Assembly (NCBI RefSeq): GCF_037042905.1
Contig: NW_026974158.1
Location: forward strand, 372,001 to 436,000
Direction: 5' to 3'
DNA: 64,000 nt
Origin: Lytechinus pictus
Taxonomy: Eukaryota
Part shown: one piece after another, positions 13,145 through 25,522 of the stretch
How positions within the stretch are numbered: position 1 is the stretch's first letter
How the letters are laid out: each line of letters starts with the position of its first letter
Translations under genes and position numbers: made by a program
Notes under the pieces: model-generated
Told to the model about the DNA's origin: nothing
Databases searched by the model: none
Seen by the model: the letters and a program-made list of their open reading frames with translations, nothing else

Positions 13145-15131
13145 TAAAAAAAATTCGAGATTTAGACCTGAAAACGGGACACTCTATTCATGTTTTGTAA
13201 ATCATGAAAAGAATGAGTAAAAAGAAATCTTCCTACCTTAACGATGCGAGCACAAAGCGCGAGCAGATTTTTTTTTTTTTTGTTATCTGAAACTGGATAA
13301 TGATTCAAATAGAGAACAAGTTGATAATCTGAATAAACATGCGCGCATGCATTCTCTTAAATTTAGACCTAGAATCTAGGCATTCGAAATACATATTTTA
13401 CCATTAAAATCAAAGCAAGCAAAGCGTGAGCTTAAACTATTTGCTATTCCGATCTGGAGAAGAGTCAATTACTGCTCTATGTTTCAAGCGCTTTGTAAGA
13501 AAAATGTGAGGTGGATATGGATCGCACTTAATAAAGAGCTCATATTTTTCATTAATATTACTTTGAGTTTTCACGTAGGACTGGGATATCGTTAGGACAT
13601 GTCATCATATGATAATGATGACTATCTTTCTATTCCTCTTGCTAAGCGCGAGATGAAACAAAAGGGACAATTTCATTTTCAAATTAGTATCTTATTAATT
13701 AATGTCTAATGAGGGCGCGAAATCTGATGATATTACGACCTGAAAACTTGACATTTCAAGGATAGCTATATCACTAAACAATACATGCGAGCGCCAAACG
13801 CGAGCGCAAAAGAAATCGAGATTTATACCTAAAAGCCAATTAAAATCCGAGCGTGCAGCGCTAGCTGATACGTTTCGACAATCATACCTGAAAACGGATA
13901 ATTTGAAAACTTTATGGCATACACGAGGTACCTGGTAATTCAAAATTTGCGAGCGCGTAGCGCGAGCAGAATATGTTGATATATAAACCATAAAACTGAA
14001 ATATTTACAGAACACTTAAAAAAAATCAATTTGTAAATCACACAAAATAATGAAAGTACGATTTCCGAGGTGAAATATGTTATTGACGTCCAAACTTTAC
14101 ATTTAACCCTAAAAAGACTGTGGGGGGGGGGGGGCTGATTCAGCCCACCCCCCCCTTGACATTTTTCGCGATAAATCCGCTGCACGAATTTTTTTGACCG
14201 CATCACTCGCTGACTTTTTACTTTCAAGTCTCGCGCAACTTTTGAGATTAAAATTGTGACCCCCGGGTACGCGGTTTCAAAATTACACAATATTTCGTAA
14301 GTGCATGCAAACCCAAAATTACTCAAAAACGTGAATTTGTGTACAAATCCAATGCAAATGGTGTTTTTAGCCCAAATTCATAAATGTATCATTATTTTTA
14401 CTTTTGCTGCTTAAAATCAATTAATTTTATCTTTTTTATGGTCAAAATAAAGTATCTGACGATTTCCATTGAAAAAACAATAAAAAAAAAAGTCGAAAAA
14501 CAAAGAAATACATAAGAAATTTAGAAAACAATAGAATACATAAGAAAATAAATGTGATGTTGAAAATTGTGAAAAATAAATTTGATCAGATGCCTAGCTA
14601 GAGTATGTGAAACAAAAATTAGCATTTTAGGGGCATTATTTTATTAAATTAGAGCAAACTTATGATTTTACGCATAAATTAGCATAATTAATGAGCAATG
14701 AAATTTTTCGCAGAATTTGATATTATAGTTTTGTAGATAATGCCATGGGTAACGCGCGTGCCAATTTTCGTCGCGATCGCACGATCGACGGCCGAGATCA
14801 TAAGGGGGGGGGGGGGCTGAATCAGCCCCCCCCCCCAGTCTTTTTAGGCGTCGAAATAGCCCAGTCTATTTAGGGTTAAGCTCCATATTGAACAAGATAA
14901 AGACCACCTAACAGGCAATGCGAGCAAAAAGTTTATATAGTGGCATGAATGATTCCTTTTATTTTCCAAGTCTTCCCCCATCTTTTTTTATTCACTCGTC
15001 TTCTTCCTCTTCTTTTTTCTCCTCTCTTTTCCTTCGTTTTTTCTAGTTTTTCTCCTTTTCTTTCGTTTTTTTGCTCCGCCAATAGAGGGGGGGGGGAGGG
15101 GCGGGCACTCGCCCCCACCCCTGGATCCACC
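13145..15131. mobile_element. Non-autonomous DNA transposon with repeated GCGAGCGCGAAGCGCGAGC motifs; related copy at ~45537-46890
   Basis: Shared blocks (GTGGATATGGATC..., GCTCCGCCAATAG..., CCCCTGGATCCA) with 45537-46890; interrupted by the element at 14103. Confidence 0.7.
14103..14879. mobile_element. piggyBac-like MITE
   Basis: TTAA-CCCTAAAAAGACTG...CAGTCTATTTAGGG-TTAA: TTAA target duplication, CCC/GGG termini, subterminal G-run/GCTGAATCAGC/C-run palindromes. Confidence 0.85.
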
Positions 15132-16068
15132 TATGGTAGTCCATTCTAAAAGTACACGCCACCAATATCTTTTTCCTTGCAAAATAAAAGAGAGTAACGA
15201 CATATAATAACCTAATAAAAAAAAGTGCAGCATATTTTCCATTTAAAGCAAATCACAGACGCTCGTGTGTGCAGTAGATCCTATGCGTGCATCCGCTGCT
15301 TTGTGTACAACGTACAAACAAATGGTGCCAATCTCCGGTTCCAACCAACGCAGAGGCATTGCCCGCAAACACGGGACACATTTTCAATAAGCTGGGAAGC
15401 GAGTTACTATATAGCAGCGATTTACAGCTTAAGACCGTAACACCCTTTGCACCCAAATGGTTAAGATTATCTTATTAGGCCCCTTCCCGCAATTGTGGTA
15501 GTACGTTTGCTCCAAAGACGCACAACAAAATCAAACACAATATAAAAATCCATCGTCAAATACCCTTCATGAAAATACCAATCAAGAAGTCATGGTCCCA
15601 CAAATGAAAGAGGAAGAAGCGCGGCGATACCTATTTCCGAAACCCACGAATTTTAGTGTTTCTTAAGCAGTATATGCAGCTGGCAAAAGGTGATTAGCAT
15701 TGTAATTTGCATTGCTGCGGTTTGTAGATTATAGCTCTAGGGTTGCGATCAATTCGTCAGTGATTTTACGGAGTGGCTCCAACCTCGGCTGGCCTCGAAA
15801 ACATGACTTCGAGATAATTTCGAGTGTGGGTGTTTTTCTATCGCTCATAACATCGCACTTTGAAAGAAAGCAGATCGGTTATATATACCGATTTAAAGCA
15901 TAAATTTTATCCCCAATTCGTATTCGTTCCTTCAATATTTGAAATGAAGCGAAGCATGCATTTCAGAAGCTGCTGAATTTTACCCCATGACAGGGTGTGA
16001 GCCAGTTCGTAAAATAATGCGCGCAATGCGCACCGCTTTTTAGCTGCACAAACCACCGTTTGAGCCAG

Positions 16069-17122
16069 TAAACAAATATATCAGGCTTTGAGAAAGTATA
16101 GTGGAATTATTTATCCGAGGTTGGTCTGGCAATTACTATTTTTCCCGAGGGGCGAAGCCCCGAGAGAAAAAATAGTAGTTTTGCCAGTCCAACCGAGGAT
16201 TACTAATTCCCACTGTGCTTCCGAATGAAACGCCTGATATATTTGTTTTATATCCTACTTTTGATAATTTATAACCAAAATATATGCGCTGAGCTTGCAA
16301 ATTTCAGTTACTTGCCTTGAATTACCTACTTTTCTCCGAGCCACCGCGCTCAGCGGAACGCAAATGAGTGCCTGCGCCGACGCATCGCGGGACTTGCCCG
16401 GGAGAGAGAGTTCGCTAGCCGGTGCGCCCGAGAGTTTAGCTAAATATCCAGTTTTCTGAAATAGTGACGTCAGAATATTGGTTTGGCGAAAATATATCGA
16501 GGTCTGACGTCACGCAACATCATAGTTGAAATATATTCGGTCACATGATGCAATTAGAACCAATCACTATACAGGATTTAATCTATGTAGGATATAATAC
16601 GAATTATATCCTACATAGAGTAAATCCTGTATAGTGATTGGTTCAAGTAGCATCATGTCACCGAATATATTTCAACTATGATGTTGCTTGACGTCAGACC
16701 TCGATATATTTTTGGATATACCAATATTCTGACGTCATCATTTTTCAAAACTGGATATCTCGGCGCACCGGCTTGCGCGCTCTCTCTCCCGGGCAAGTCC
16801 AGCGCGCTGCGTCAGCGCAGACACTAATCTGAGTTCCGCTGAGCGCGGTGGCTCGGAGAAAAGTAGGTAATTCAATGCAAGTAACAGGACGTTGCATGCT
16901 CAGCGCATAGATTTTGGTTATAAATTACTAAAATTAGGATATAAAACAAATATATCAGGCGTTTCATTCGAAAGCATAGTGGGATTTATTAATCCTCGGT
17001 TGGACTGGCAAAACTACTATATTTCCCTCGGGGCTTCGCCCCTCGGGAAAAATAGTAATTGCCAGACCAACCTCGGATAAACAATTCCACTATACTTTCT
17101 CAAAGCCTGATATATTTGTTTA
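16069..17122. repeat. ~1.05 kb palindrome: two diverged ~525 bp copies of one element joined end to end with a 4-nt spacer
   Basis: 16069-16598 is the reverse complement of 16603-17122; centre TAGGATATAAT-acga-ATTATATCCTA. Confidence 0.9.
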
Positions 17123-19208
17123 ATATCATTCATGCCATGCGCGTGATTTTTTAGAGGTACAAACCCTGCGCCAACCACATACGCGCAGCATCTAGGTCCT
17201 TTACAACGAACGTAGAGGGCAGCAACACACAGCAGTGTTGCTATTAGGAAATTCCACTCGATACGCGCATACAATTGAAGTGTGCGAACAATTTGGTAGT
17301 CCTGAAGCGACACAATACACGCTCAGAGATTTAAAGCAAAATAGAGGTAAACTAACAGATTATGACAATACCAGATTCAAATAATAGAAACACTAAAATA
17401 TATTACCAAAGGGATAATATTATACCAAATATAAAAAATAAAACTATCACTAAATTATTGTCTTGATTTTGTTTAAATATTCAGTAAAGAGGCTTGAATT
17501 CTGTCATTGAATAAAATAATCTGCTAATTTCACCCCAATTTAGCCAAGCTCATGTTGTGACCACATTAAGCCCCGCCCCTCACTCAGTGAACTTTTTTAG
17601 TATACTGTAGAATTGTTTTGTTTTTTTTCATTTCCTCATATTATTCAACATTTTTGCTTGAAAAGTTTTTTACATCAAATATCATGCTTAAAAATACGAT
17701 ATATTTAGATCTGTATTTTTCCTGAAATATAACGTTGTAATGGTAACAATTTTATGACTTTGCATATCAATTGTGATAACGAAGATGAGTGAGGTTGATA
17801 CATTTTTCTCTAAATTTTGCTGCACCGCATTAATGTGCCAAGCAAGCTACACAATCAAGTGCCATATGGCAGGACAGCGCCTCACCCCGGCCGGCCAGCT
17901 GGCCATGCGCCGGTGCGGAGGTATAGGGAACGGTTAGCTGGTAATGTATTTGGATTTAATTAAATGCATGCTAACACAAATTCGTGTAAAATATAGAATG
18001 AAAATAGCAGCTGTGGCAGACCTGGCTTTGATAGTTCACAAGTCAAAACCTGTCACGATATACAAGGCTCGATACCGGACTCGATACTGGACCAGATAAT
18101 TTCGGTCCAATGTTAGGTTTAACGACAGACTAGGTCTAGGACTTGGCTTTGCTAGTGTAGTGGCTGGATTCGATCTATGCATGATGGATGGCAAAAATCA
18201 GTCGGATTTGTGGATATTACATACTCATTTTTATATTTTTAGACTCCAATCAATATTGAAAGTTAGATTAAGATTCTAACCGTGAACATTTATCGTTGCT
18301 CAACCGTAACGGTTTACTGACGAATGGTCTAATATCACTTGGTCTAATCATCAGATGGGCTAACAACATTTGGGCTAAACCCACTTAGTCCAATTATCTT
18401 TTAGTCTAATGACCACTTGGTCTAATAGCCAATTGGTCTAATGACCACTTGGTCTAATAGCCACTTGGTCTAATGCCCAGTTGGGTTAATCGTCACTTGG
18501 TCTGATTTTCATTTGGTCTAATTGCCATTTCGTCGAATGTATGTTATTGTCACTTGGTCCAATTGCATTTGGTCTAATATCAGTTCGTCTAATAGTCGGT
18601 TGGTCTAATACTAGTTGGTCTAATACCAGTTGGTCTAATCCTCACTTGGTCCATCATTTATTTGGTCTATATTGCAGTTGGTTGTATGTGTAGTTGGTCT
18701 AATCCTCACTTGGTCCATTATTTAGTTGGTCTAATTTCCACTTCGGCTAATTTCCAATTGGTCTAATTTCCAGATAGTCTAACATTCATTTAGTCTACAT
18801 ACCACTTGGTCTAATTTGTAAAGTTTACATGGTGACTTGTTTTCAATTTTCTGATGATTTTTTTAAATTACTTTCCACACGCCGGCTTCGAATCTTCACA
18901 CGCGCGCCCCTCGATTTGGAGTACAGTTAGAGAGACTATCTCCATCCCCAAATTTTGAAAAATATGGGGATTTTCAAAAGCCTGTGGAGATGAAAATAAA
19001 ATTATTTGGGGATTAAACAAATTTTTGGGATTTTTTGTCTGTTTCAGGGGATTTTTGAAGGTTTTGGGGGAAAAACAATAAATTTTGCTATTTTTTTCTG
19101 TAAAATACGCTATTATACGATCATAGAGATGGAGAAAGTATGATGTTAACTTATCCACCACTATGTATATAATCTACTGTGGATAGTTAACGACTGGCTT
19201 AACCAAAT

Positions 19209-19601
19209 CAGGGTTCCCAGCTTTTCAAGAAAACAAAAAATCATGATTTTTCTCGGAAGAAGTTTAAAAATTCCCTGATAATTATTTAAACCCATTTCCA
19301 GTTTCTCATGTTTTCTAAGTTGTTGCAGTGAATAACATGTATTATTATTTTTTTATATATACGTGTAGGTCTATTATTATTTGCAATTACATGTACCAGT
19401 AGTACGGTACGGTAGTAAAAGAGGCTACAAAAAAAACACCATATCATGTCATTCAATGAATGTTGTTTTAATATACAACAAAATATAACACTGACTATCG
19501 TGCTTTCGACTTTTTGGCCGATCGAAATTCCCTGATTTTACCCTGACTGGAAAAAAACGTTTATAAAAATCCCTGATTTCCTTGATGGGCTGGGGACCCT
19601 G
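19209..19601. mobile_element. hAT-like MITE nested in the foldback element
   Basis: CAGGGTTCCCAGC...GCTGGGGACCCTG termini and repeated TCCCTGA subterminal motifs. Confidence 0.55.
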
Positions 19602-19933
19602 CCAATCCATTTTAAGGAGGGAAGAAGCGAAGAAGTAGAACAAAAACAGAATGAAAATATAAATAAGATGAATGACTACTGTTGTGATAACTAATAAAGG
19701 TCTGCAAACGTAGACTATACTTGTTATTAACACATATGGCTGCTACCAAGATGATCGCCGTGAGGTTGTCGCATGCAGCTAACCCAATAAACCTGTATAG
19801 TGTAATCAAAATATATCGAACTGGTATGTTATTTGCCTCCAAACTTACTATTGGAACAAAATAAACAAAATATTCATAAACAACAAAATATTCATATAAA
19901 CAAATATTCTTGAAAAATTTACATGATCTAATG

Positions 19934-20492
19934 GCCCGGGGGGGGGGGGGCATTGACGGGTGGATACCATGCGCGACCATGGGATCTCGAAAAGCACCCT
20001 AAACAAGTATTTTCCATTTTCTGAAAATGCACCCCTTAACAAGTATTGGCGTGTAAAACCCTACCCTTAACAAGTACTGGAAACAAAACGATACCCTTAG
20101 CAAGTATTCCATGCATTGAACCCCTAAACAAGTACAGCGATATTCCTACAACCATTGTGTATCCGGCCCGACCTCCTACACCTCGCGCAAATCGGACTCT
20201 AAACACGTAGTACATCCTTTTTAAAACATTTAAGTATTTTTATACCCTCGCAAATTTGACCCGAAACACATAGCTTTCCTAGCGAAGCCAGCCGAGGTTT
20301 GAGCCACTCCGTAAAATCACTGACGAATTGATCGCAACCCTAGAGCTATAATCTACAAACCGCAGCATTTTTTTTTTTTTTTTGTGTTTTTTACACCATT
20401 ATTACGTAACGTGCCCTATCTTGAAAAAGACATCCTCTTACGTGTTTTTTGGTCGCGCATAGTATCCACTCGTCAATGTAAGTGGCCCCCGG
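19934..20492. mobile_element. MITE nested in the foldback element
   Basis: CATTGACGGGTGGATACCATGCGCGACCA / TGGTCGCGCATAGTATCCACTCGTCAATG inverted repeats; internal ACCC(T)TAAACAAGTA motifs. Confidence 0.7.
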
Positions 20493-22532
20493 GTCTAATT
20501 GGCTTGGTAACTTTTTGAATCCCCAAACTGCAAAACTATATTGCTTATTTTCCATCAAGTTCAAGTATCGTCCGTAATGGTGCATAACAGTGATTTAAAA
20601 AAGGCATAAACATGTTTACCAGATACGTATCAACACAATCAATTACATTATATTTTCGTTCCTTTTATCATAATAATGTTATTCTGATGAAACCCCACCA
20701 TTTGACCATTATGAGCTACAAGGTCCCCAATTTAGTGTTCTGTAAATGTGCATGCGGTGATGTAATGATTATGAATATGATATAATTTTCTTCATCATCA
20801 TCTATATAATCGATATGTATGCCTAATTAAAAGAATCATATTTGATTAGAATAATGAGCGACTATCTCGTCAACGATAGTCCTTCACGGTGCAGGTTTTT
20901 GCCACCACCGGCCTTACCCCGGCTGTACCCCTCCGGATCATGGCGACATGTATAGTGATGCATGGTATTTATCCACTACGTACAGTATTTGTTAATTCTA
21001 GATCAAATAAATAATAATGATGTTATAACAGAATAAATGGACATTAGACCAAGTGTGAATTAGACCAGGTGATGATTAGCCCAACTGGGTATTAGACCAA
21101 TTGACGATTAGACCAAGTGGTCATTATACCGATTGGCTATTAGACCAAGTGGTCATTAGACCAATTGGATATAAGACCAAGTGGAAATTAGACTAAATGG
21201 AAACTAGACCAAGTGGAAATTAGACCAAAAGTTCATTAGACCATGTGACAATTAGACGAAATGTAAATGAGACCAGGTGGAAATTAGCCAAAGTAGAAAT
21301 TAGACCAAGTGGTGTTAGATCAACTGGAAATTAGACTAAATGGTTTTAGCCCAACTGCTCATTAGACGAATTGGATATTAGACCAAGTGGGAATTAGACG
21401 AATTGGGTATTAGACCAAGTGAAAATTAGCCCAACTGGTTATTAGCCCAAATGGAAATTAGACGAATTGGATATTAGACCAAGTGAGAATTAGACGAATT
21501 TGATATTAGACGAACTGGTTGTAGACGAAATGAGTTTAGACTATGTGAAGTTGGACGAACTGATAAGTAGACCAAGTAGTATTAGACCATCCGATAATTC
21601 ACTTGCTCAACTGCCTCAGTGCCAAAACAATGACAGACCAAGCCCATATCATTCAGGTCCATATCTAGCTATGTCGAGTCGCGTTCAGATTATCCTGCGC
21701 CAGTGCAGTGCGGCCAGCTGTACGCGCACCGTTATATGACCCCGGGGAAGTTTCGGCGTGGCCAGGCAGAAGGTCAACGTCTTGCTTGACTCTGGTGTTG
21801 GCTGGTGAAGTTTAGGTAGGGGCAGCGAAATTTGGCAGAAGAACGGCAATACAATGTCATCAGACTATGTATTTTCATTAATGTGCAAAGTACCAGAATC
21901 ATGATACATTGTGTCTTACTTTTTTTTAAAAATAAATTAGTATTTTGAAATAATATTTAACACTCATTTTTTGGAGTTCTCATCATCCATAAAAAATAGT
22001 AAAATTGAACAAATAAAAAAAATCAACTCTACAATCTACCTTAAAAGTTCTCTGAGTGAGGGGCGGGGCTTAGAGTGGTCACAAAATCTGAGCAGAGTGG
22101 ACCTACCTAAAAGCAATACTGCAAAGTGTTGCTGCCCTCTACGTTCGTTGGTCTTGTCATTGACCTGTGCGCGCCATTCCAGACACTTTATAGTACACAA
22201 AGAAAGTTTTGAGCCACTTCGTAAAATAAAATGAATTGAAATATTGAATATGACCTTATTATTTGAACAATACGAATTTTGATCTGAAATTTGGCAAATC
22301 AATAGAATTAACCACACGCTTTCGGAATATGCCCCCCCCCCCAAAAAAAAAAAAAAAAAAAAAAAAAAAAACAATAATAATAATAATAATCAATATGAAT
22401 AAAACTCTGAAACTATGGCCAAAAATTAGGTTTGACACGATTCGTAAAATCACTGACGAGTTATTGCTTTTACTTTAAGATTTAGTTCGGGGTCTTGAAA
22501 TCACGTCCATTTTATTTTGTTTGTCACCCTAG

Positions 22533-23417
22533 ATAACCAAACCCTCCCCTGTCGAAGATATTCAGCAGAAACGACGCACACATCTACTGCAGGCATGTGA
22601 GCGTTTGAACTCCAATCAGCATCTAGTCAACTTTGATCATCTGGGCGTCGACACCTTAAAGAAAATGAACCACATCTTTGTGTTAGATAAATTAAAGATT
22701 CTTTACTGCTATATACCCAAGGCTGGTTGTACAACGATGAAGAAAATACTTCTCGTGCTAAATGGGAATATCAAGACAACCAACATCGAACACGAAACGG
22801 TTCATAAACTTGCCGACACGCACTTTCCGTTATTGCGTAAATACAGTCTGGAAGATGCAAAAGTTAGACTTAAAACGTACCGTAAACTAATATTTGTACG
22901 CGAGCCGTTTTCACGGATTCTGTCAGCATATCGGGACAAGCTTGATTTAAATGGATCCTGTAGGAATAAATATTGGTCTCGTAAAATAAACGAACATGCA
23001 AACGAAGAAGTTACAAGAGATAATGATTTTAACTTGACATTTGTTAATTTCGTTCAATACCTTGGTAATTTATCTAATAAACTCAATATTCCAAAGGAAG
23101 AACATTGGAGAGAGTTCCATCGTCTGTGCTATCCATGTCATGTGCCTTACGATTTCATTGGACATTTTGAAACCTTCTGCGAAGACGTGCGCGAAGGTGT
23201 TCAGAAAATTGTCGATGGTGTTGAAATAGATATTCCCCAGTCATCAAATCCTACTAAAAGCAGTTACTCGGGGATGCTGTCAAAATACTATTCACAAGTT
23301 AGTTCGACGCAGTTACAATCGCTCTACAAGAGGCTGGAGACGGATATTGAAATATTCAACTACCAAGTCCCAACCTTTATTGCTGACCGTATTAACACTT
23401 CCGTCTCCCGTAGATAA
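22533..23417 (+). CDS. Carbohydrate sulfotransferase (Sulfotransfer_2 / HNK-1ST-C4ST family, CHST11-like), terminal catalytic exon
   Basis: Polypyrimidine tract and AG at 22531-22532, then 294 open codons with YCYIPKAGCTTMKK (5'-PSB), FVREPFSRILSAYRDK (3'-PB), HW...LCYPCHVPYDFIGHFET and a C-terminal YY...LY...D..IFNY motif. Confidence 0.93.
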   Translation: MTKPSPVEDIQQKRRTHLLQACERLNSNQHLVNFDHLGVDTLKKMNHIFVLDKLKILYCYIPKAGCTTMKKILLVLNGNIKTTNIEHETVHKLADTHFPLLRKYSLEDAKVRLKTYRKLIFVREPFSRILSAYRDKLDLNGSCRNKYWSRKINEHANEEVTRDNDFNLTFVNFVQYLGNLSNKLNIPKEEHWREFHRLCYPCHVPYDFIGHFETFCEDVREGVQKIVDGVEIDIPQSSNPTKSSYSGMLSKYYSQVSSTQLQSLYKRLETDIEIFNYQVPTFIADRINTSVSRR

Positions 23418-25522
23418 AGGATGTTTATAATTTAACTTCAAATTTAAGGGCATATTTTTTGTGTGTTCACCTCGCTAATCATGCTAATTGTCGGAATTTC
23501 GCCTGATATGATTTAACAATTGTATTATATTTATTAATATAAATCAAGGTTTTGTTGTGTAAATGCTAGTGGTATAAATTAACATAATGAACTAATTTTA
23601 TCTGATGTAAATTGAAGAATTCACTATCAGAATTGCTAATTGGTACACCGCCCGTCTAAATAACGCTAGGCCATGGCTTCGACCCACGGCCGACTCAAAT
23701 GTCCAGTTTTTTATTTCGAAGGTTCGTAATTCTAAAACACGTAAATTGTCTATATTGCCCATACCTCGATGTTTATTGGTAGAAAACGATTAATTGTTAC
23801 TGAAACAAGCAATAGTACTGTGATAACGCTGTGTTCCCGCTTTACACTTAAACAAATTAAGAGGAGCAGCTGCTGTATACACTAGAAATAAATTGCACTG
23901 ATTGAAATTATGTATAATTAATTATATAATTCATGTTGTACAAAATAATCCGCCCTGTCACAAGCAATTATTTTTTGTCGGCAGTAAAGCAAAAAAATAT
24001 TAATTTTACAAAGTAAAATGTTAACAGGACAAACGTAAAACATCGGTGTTATCCTGAAAGTTGTGTTTAATCAGAGTAATCAGATGTAAAAGGTAATAAG
24101 TTACCATTTTGGCCTTGTGATGGCAGTATTACTGATTTGTATGATAGAAACCTATGTATTCAAATAATTCAAATAGGTAGGGTTATAATGTATTCATTTC
24201 TTGCAGGTCCTTTTGTTGTATCGGTCCCATGTTTTCGTAACAGGTGGAATAAACACTTTAAATTCCAAGACCCACACGAGGTCTATTAATTGTACACACC
24301 TAATTGCTGTGCACAGAGAGTAGGAGCAGTTTCATTTTTTTACTCTTTGAAAGAAGTTGTGCTCTGAAGAGCAAGGAAGAAATGACAATCATTTTCTTAT
24401 CAATTCGGATAAAGTATTCCCTCCACAATGGTGGCGAGTCTATTTAATATTTCAGCTATAAAAAAAATCTGATTCTTCAATATAGAAAGTTATGTTGGTT
24501 TGGATTTTTGCTCCAGATCTCGTTGTAATAATTTTTATCAATCAGAAGCCTGTTTTCTGTCAGAAACTTAGGCACACAATTACTTTGTGAATTTTAACAA
24601 TTTCCGGCATAAAATAATTATCACAATCATATTGCAGTGAAGGAATGTTGTATATCAGTATTTTCCAGAAATGAATTTATTTTTCTTTTTTGATTGATGC
24701 TTTTGTGCTGATAAATTAATATTATCTAGATATTTTGTTAATACTTATTAGATAATTACAAAGACATGTATTCATCAAATGATGTATAAAACGAATATTT
24801 AAAATGTAAAAAAAAAGGATTTGCCATTCGGATAATGGGAATCTATCAATTTTCAAGGGTCCTTTGGTCAACCTGCAGTCCTGTTTCAGTTTTTCTCGAT
24901 GTCATGCGAAAGGTCAAAAGCGCCTAAACTTCGGTGACGCCATTCTACGATAGACTTCGTGGATTCCCGATAACCCTCGACATACGTCATTCTACGTCAT
25001 CGTCATCGGTTTTCGAGGCTGCCATTTTCTCATCAACGTCATATGGACTGCGTCCAAGAAAAATCAGAGAAGTCCTTTCATTTAACAACCTCTTAGCAGT
25101 GTCCGGACAAGTCATTTTTTCTTCAATCCTTTACCGAATTATTTATTTTCCATTCCAAAACTGAAATTCTATATCGATAAAATCAAACTTATTTTTTTCT
25201 TCTTCTTTTGAAAGTCAATATTATTTATATGTAAAATCATGTTGCGTTGATTGTTGAAACAACCATGGAAACAAATCGCATTTGGAAGTGAAATTAAATA
25301 AATGTAATAATTAACTTTAAACAAAAATTAATCTTGTGCAGAGCAATTACTCATGCGTACTTCGACTACATTATAGCTCTTTTCACTAAAAAAAAAGATG
25401 CTTGGGGTATGTGAGGTTAGTTATGTGATTTGGGGTGATTGGTTACCAAATCGCTAGGTAAACAAAAATGCGGGTTGATCCTGACATGCCCTGATAACAC
25501 GGTATTAACTCGTAATAATTTA

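Larger units (their letters stand above)
18305..21602. mobile_element. Foldback-type (TU/Rehavkus-MULE-like) element with inverted arrays of ~20 bp tandem repeats
   Basis: TTGGTCTAAT array at 18311-18815 and its reverse complement ATTAGACCAA array at 21041-21602; 9-mer TTGCTCAAC on both flanks (18296-18304, 21603-21611). Confidence 0.7.
15737..22478. mobile_element. Large composite non-autonomous DNA transposon with patchy long inverted repeats and a Kolobok-like TTAA right end
   Basis: Three ordered inverted-repeat pairs: 15750-15780 vs 22211-22227 + 22451-22462; 17206-17260 vs 22096-22149; 17557-17615 vs 22023-22082. Confidence 0.65.

Noticed and set aside
14933-15242. K/E-rich and F-rich ORFs (also 6543-6797, 46745-47084, 50683-50892, 52967-53339)
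   Set aside because: Translations of purine/pyrimidine low-complexity tracts within repeats
18311-21602. CRISPR-like arrays (constant motif plus variable spacer)
   Set aside because: The repeat is only ~10 bp and degenerate, spacers are ~10 bp and related to one another, there are no cas genes, and the context is eukaryotic; better explained as transposon TIR minisatellites
22605-23417. TTG start at 22605 from the ORF track
   Set aside because: The frame is open back to a splice acceptor at 22533; the TTG is an internal Leu codon
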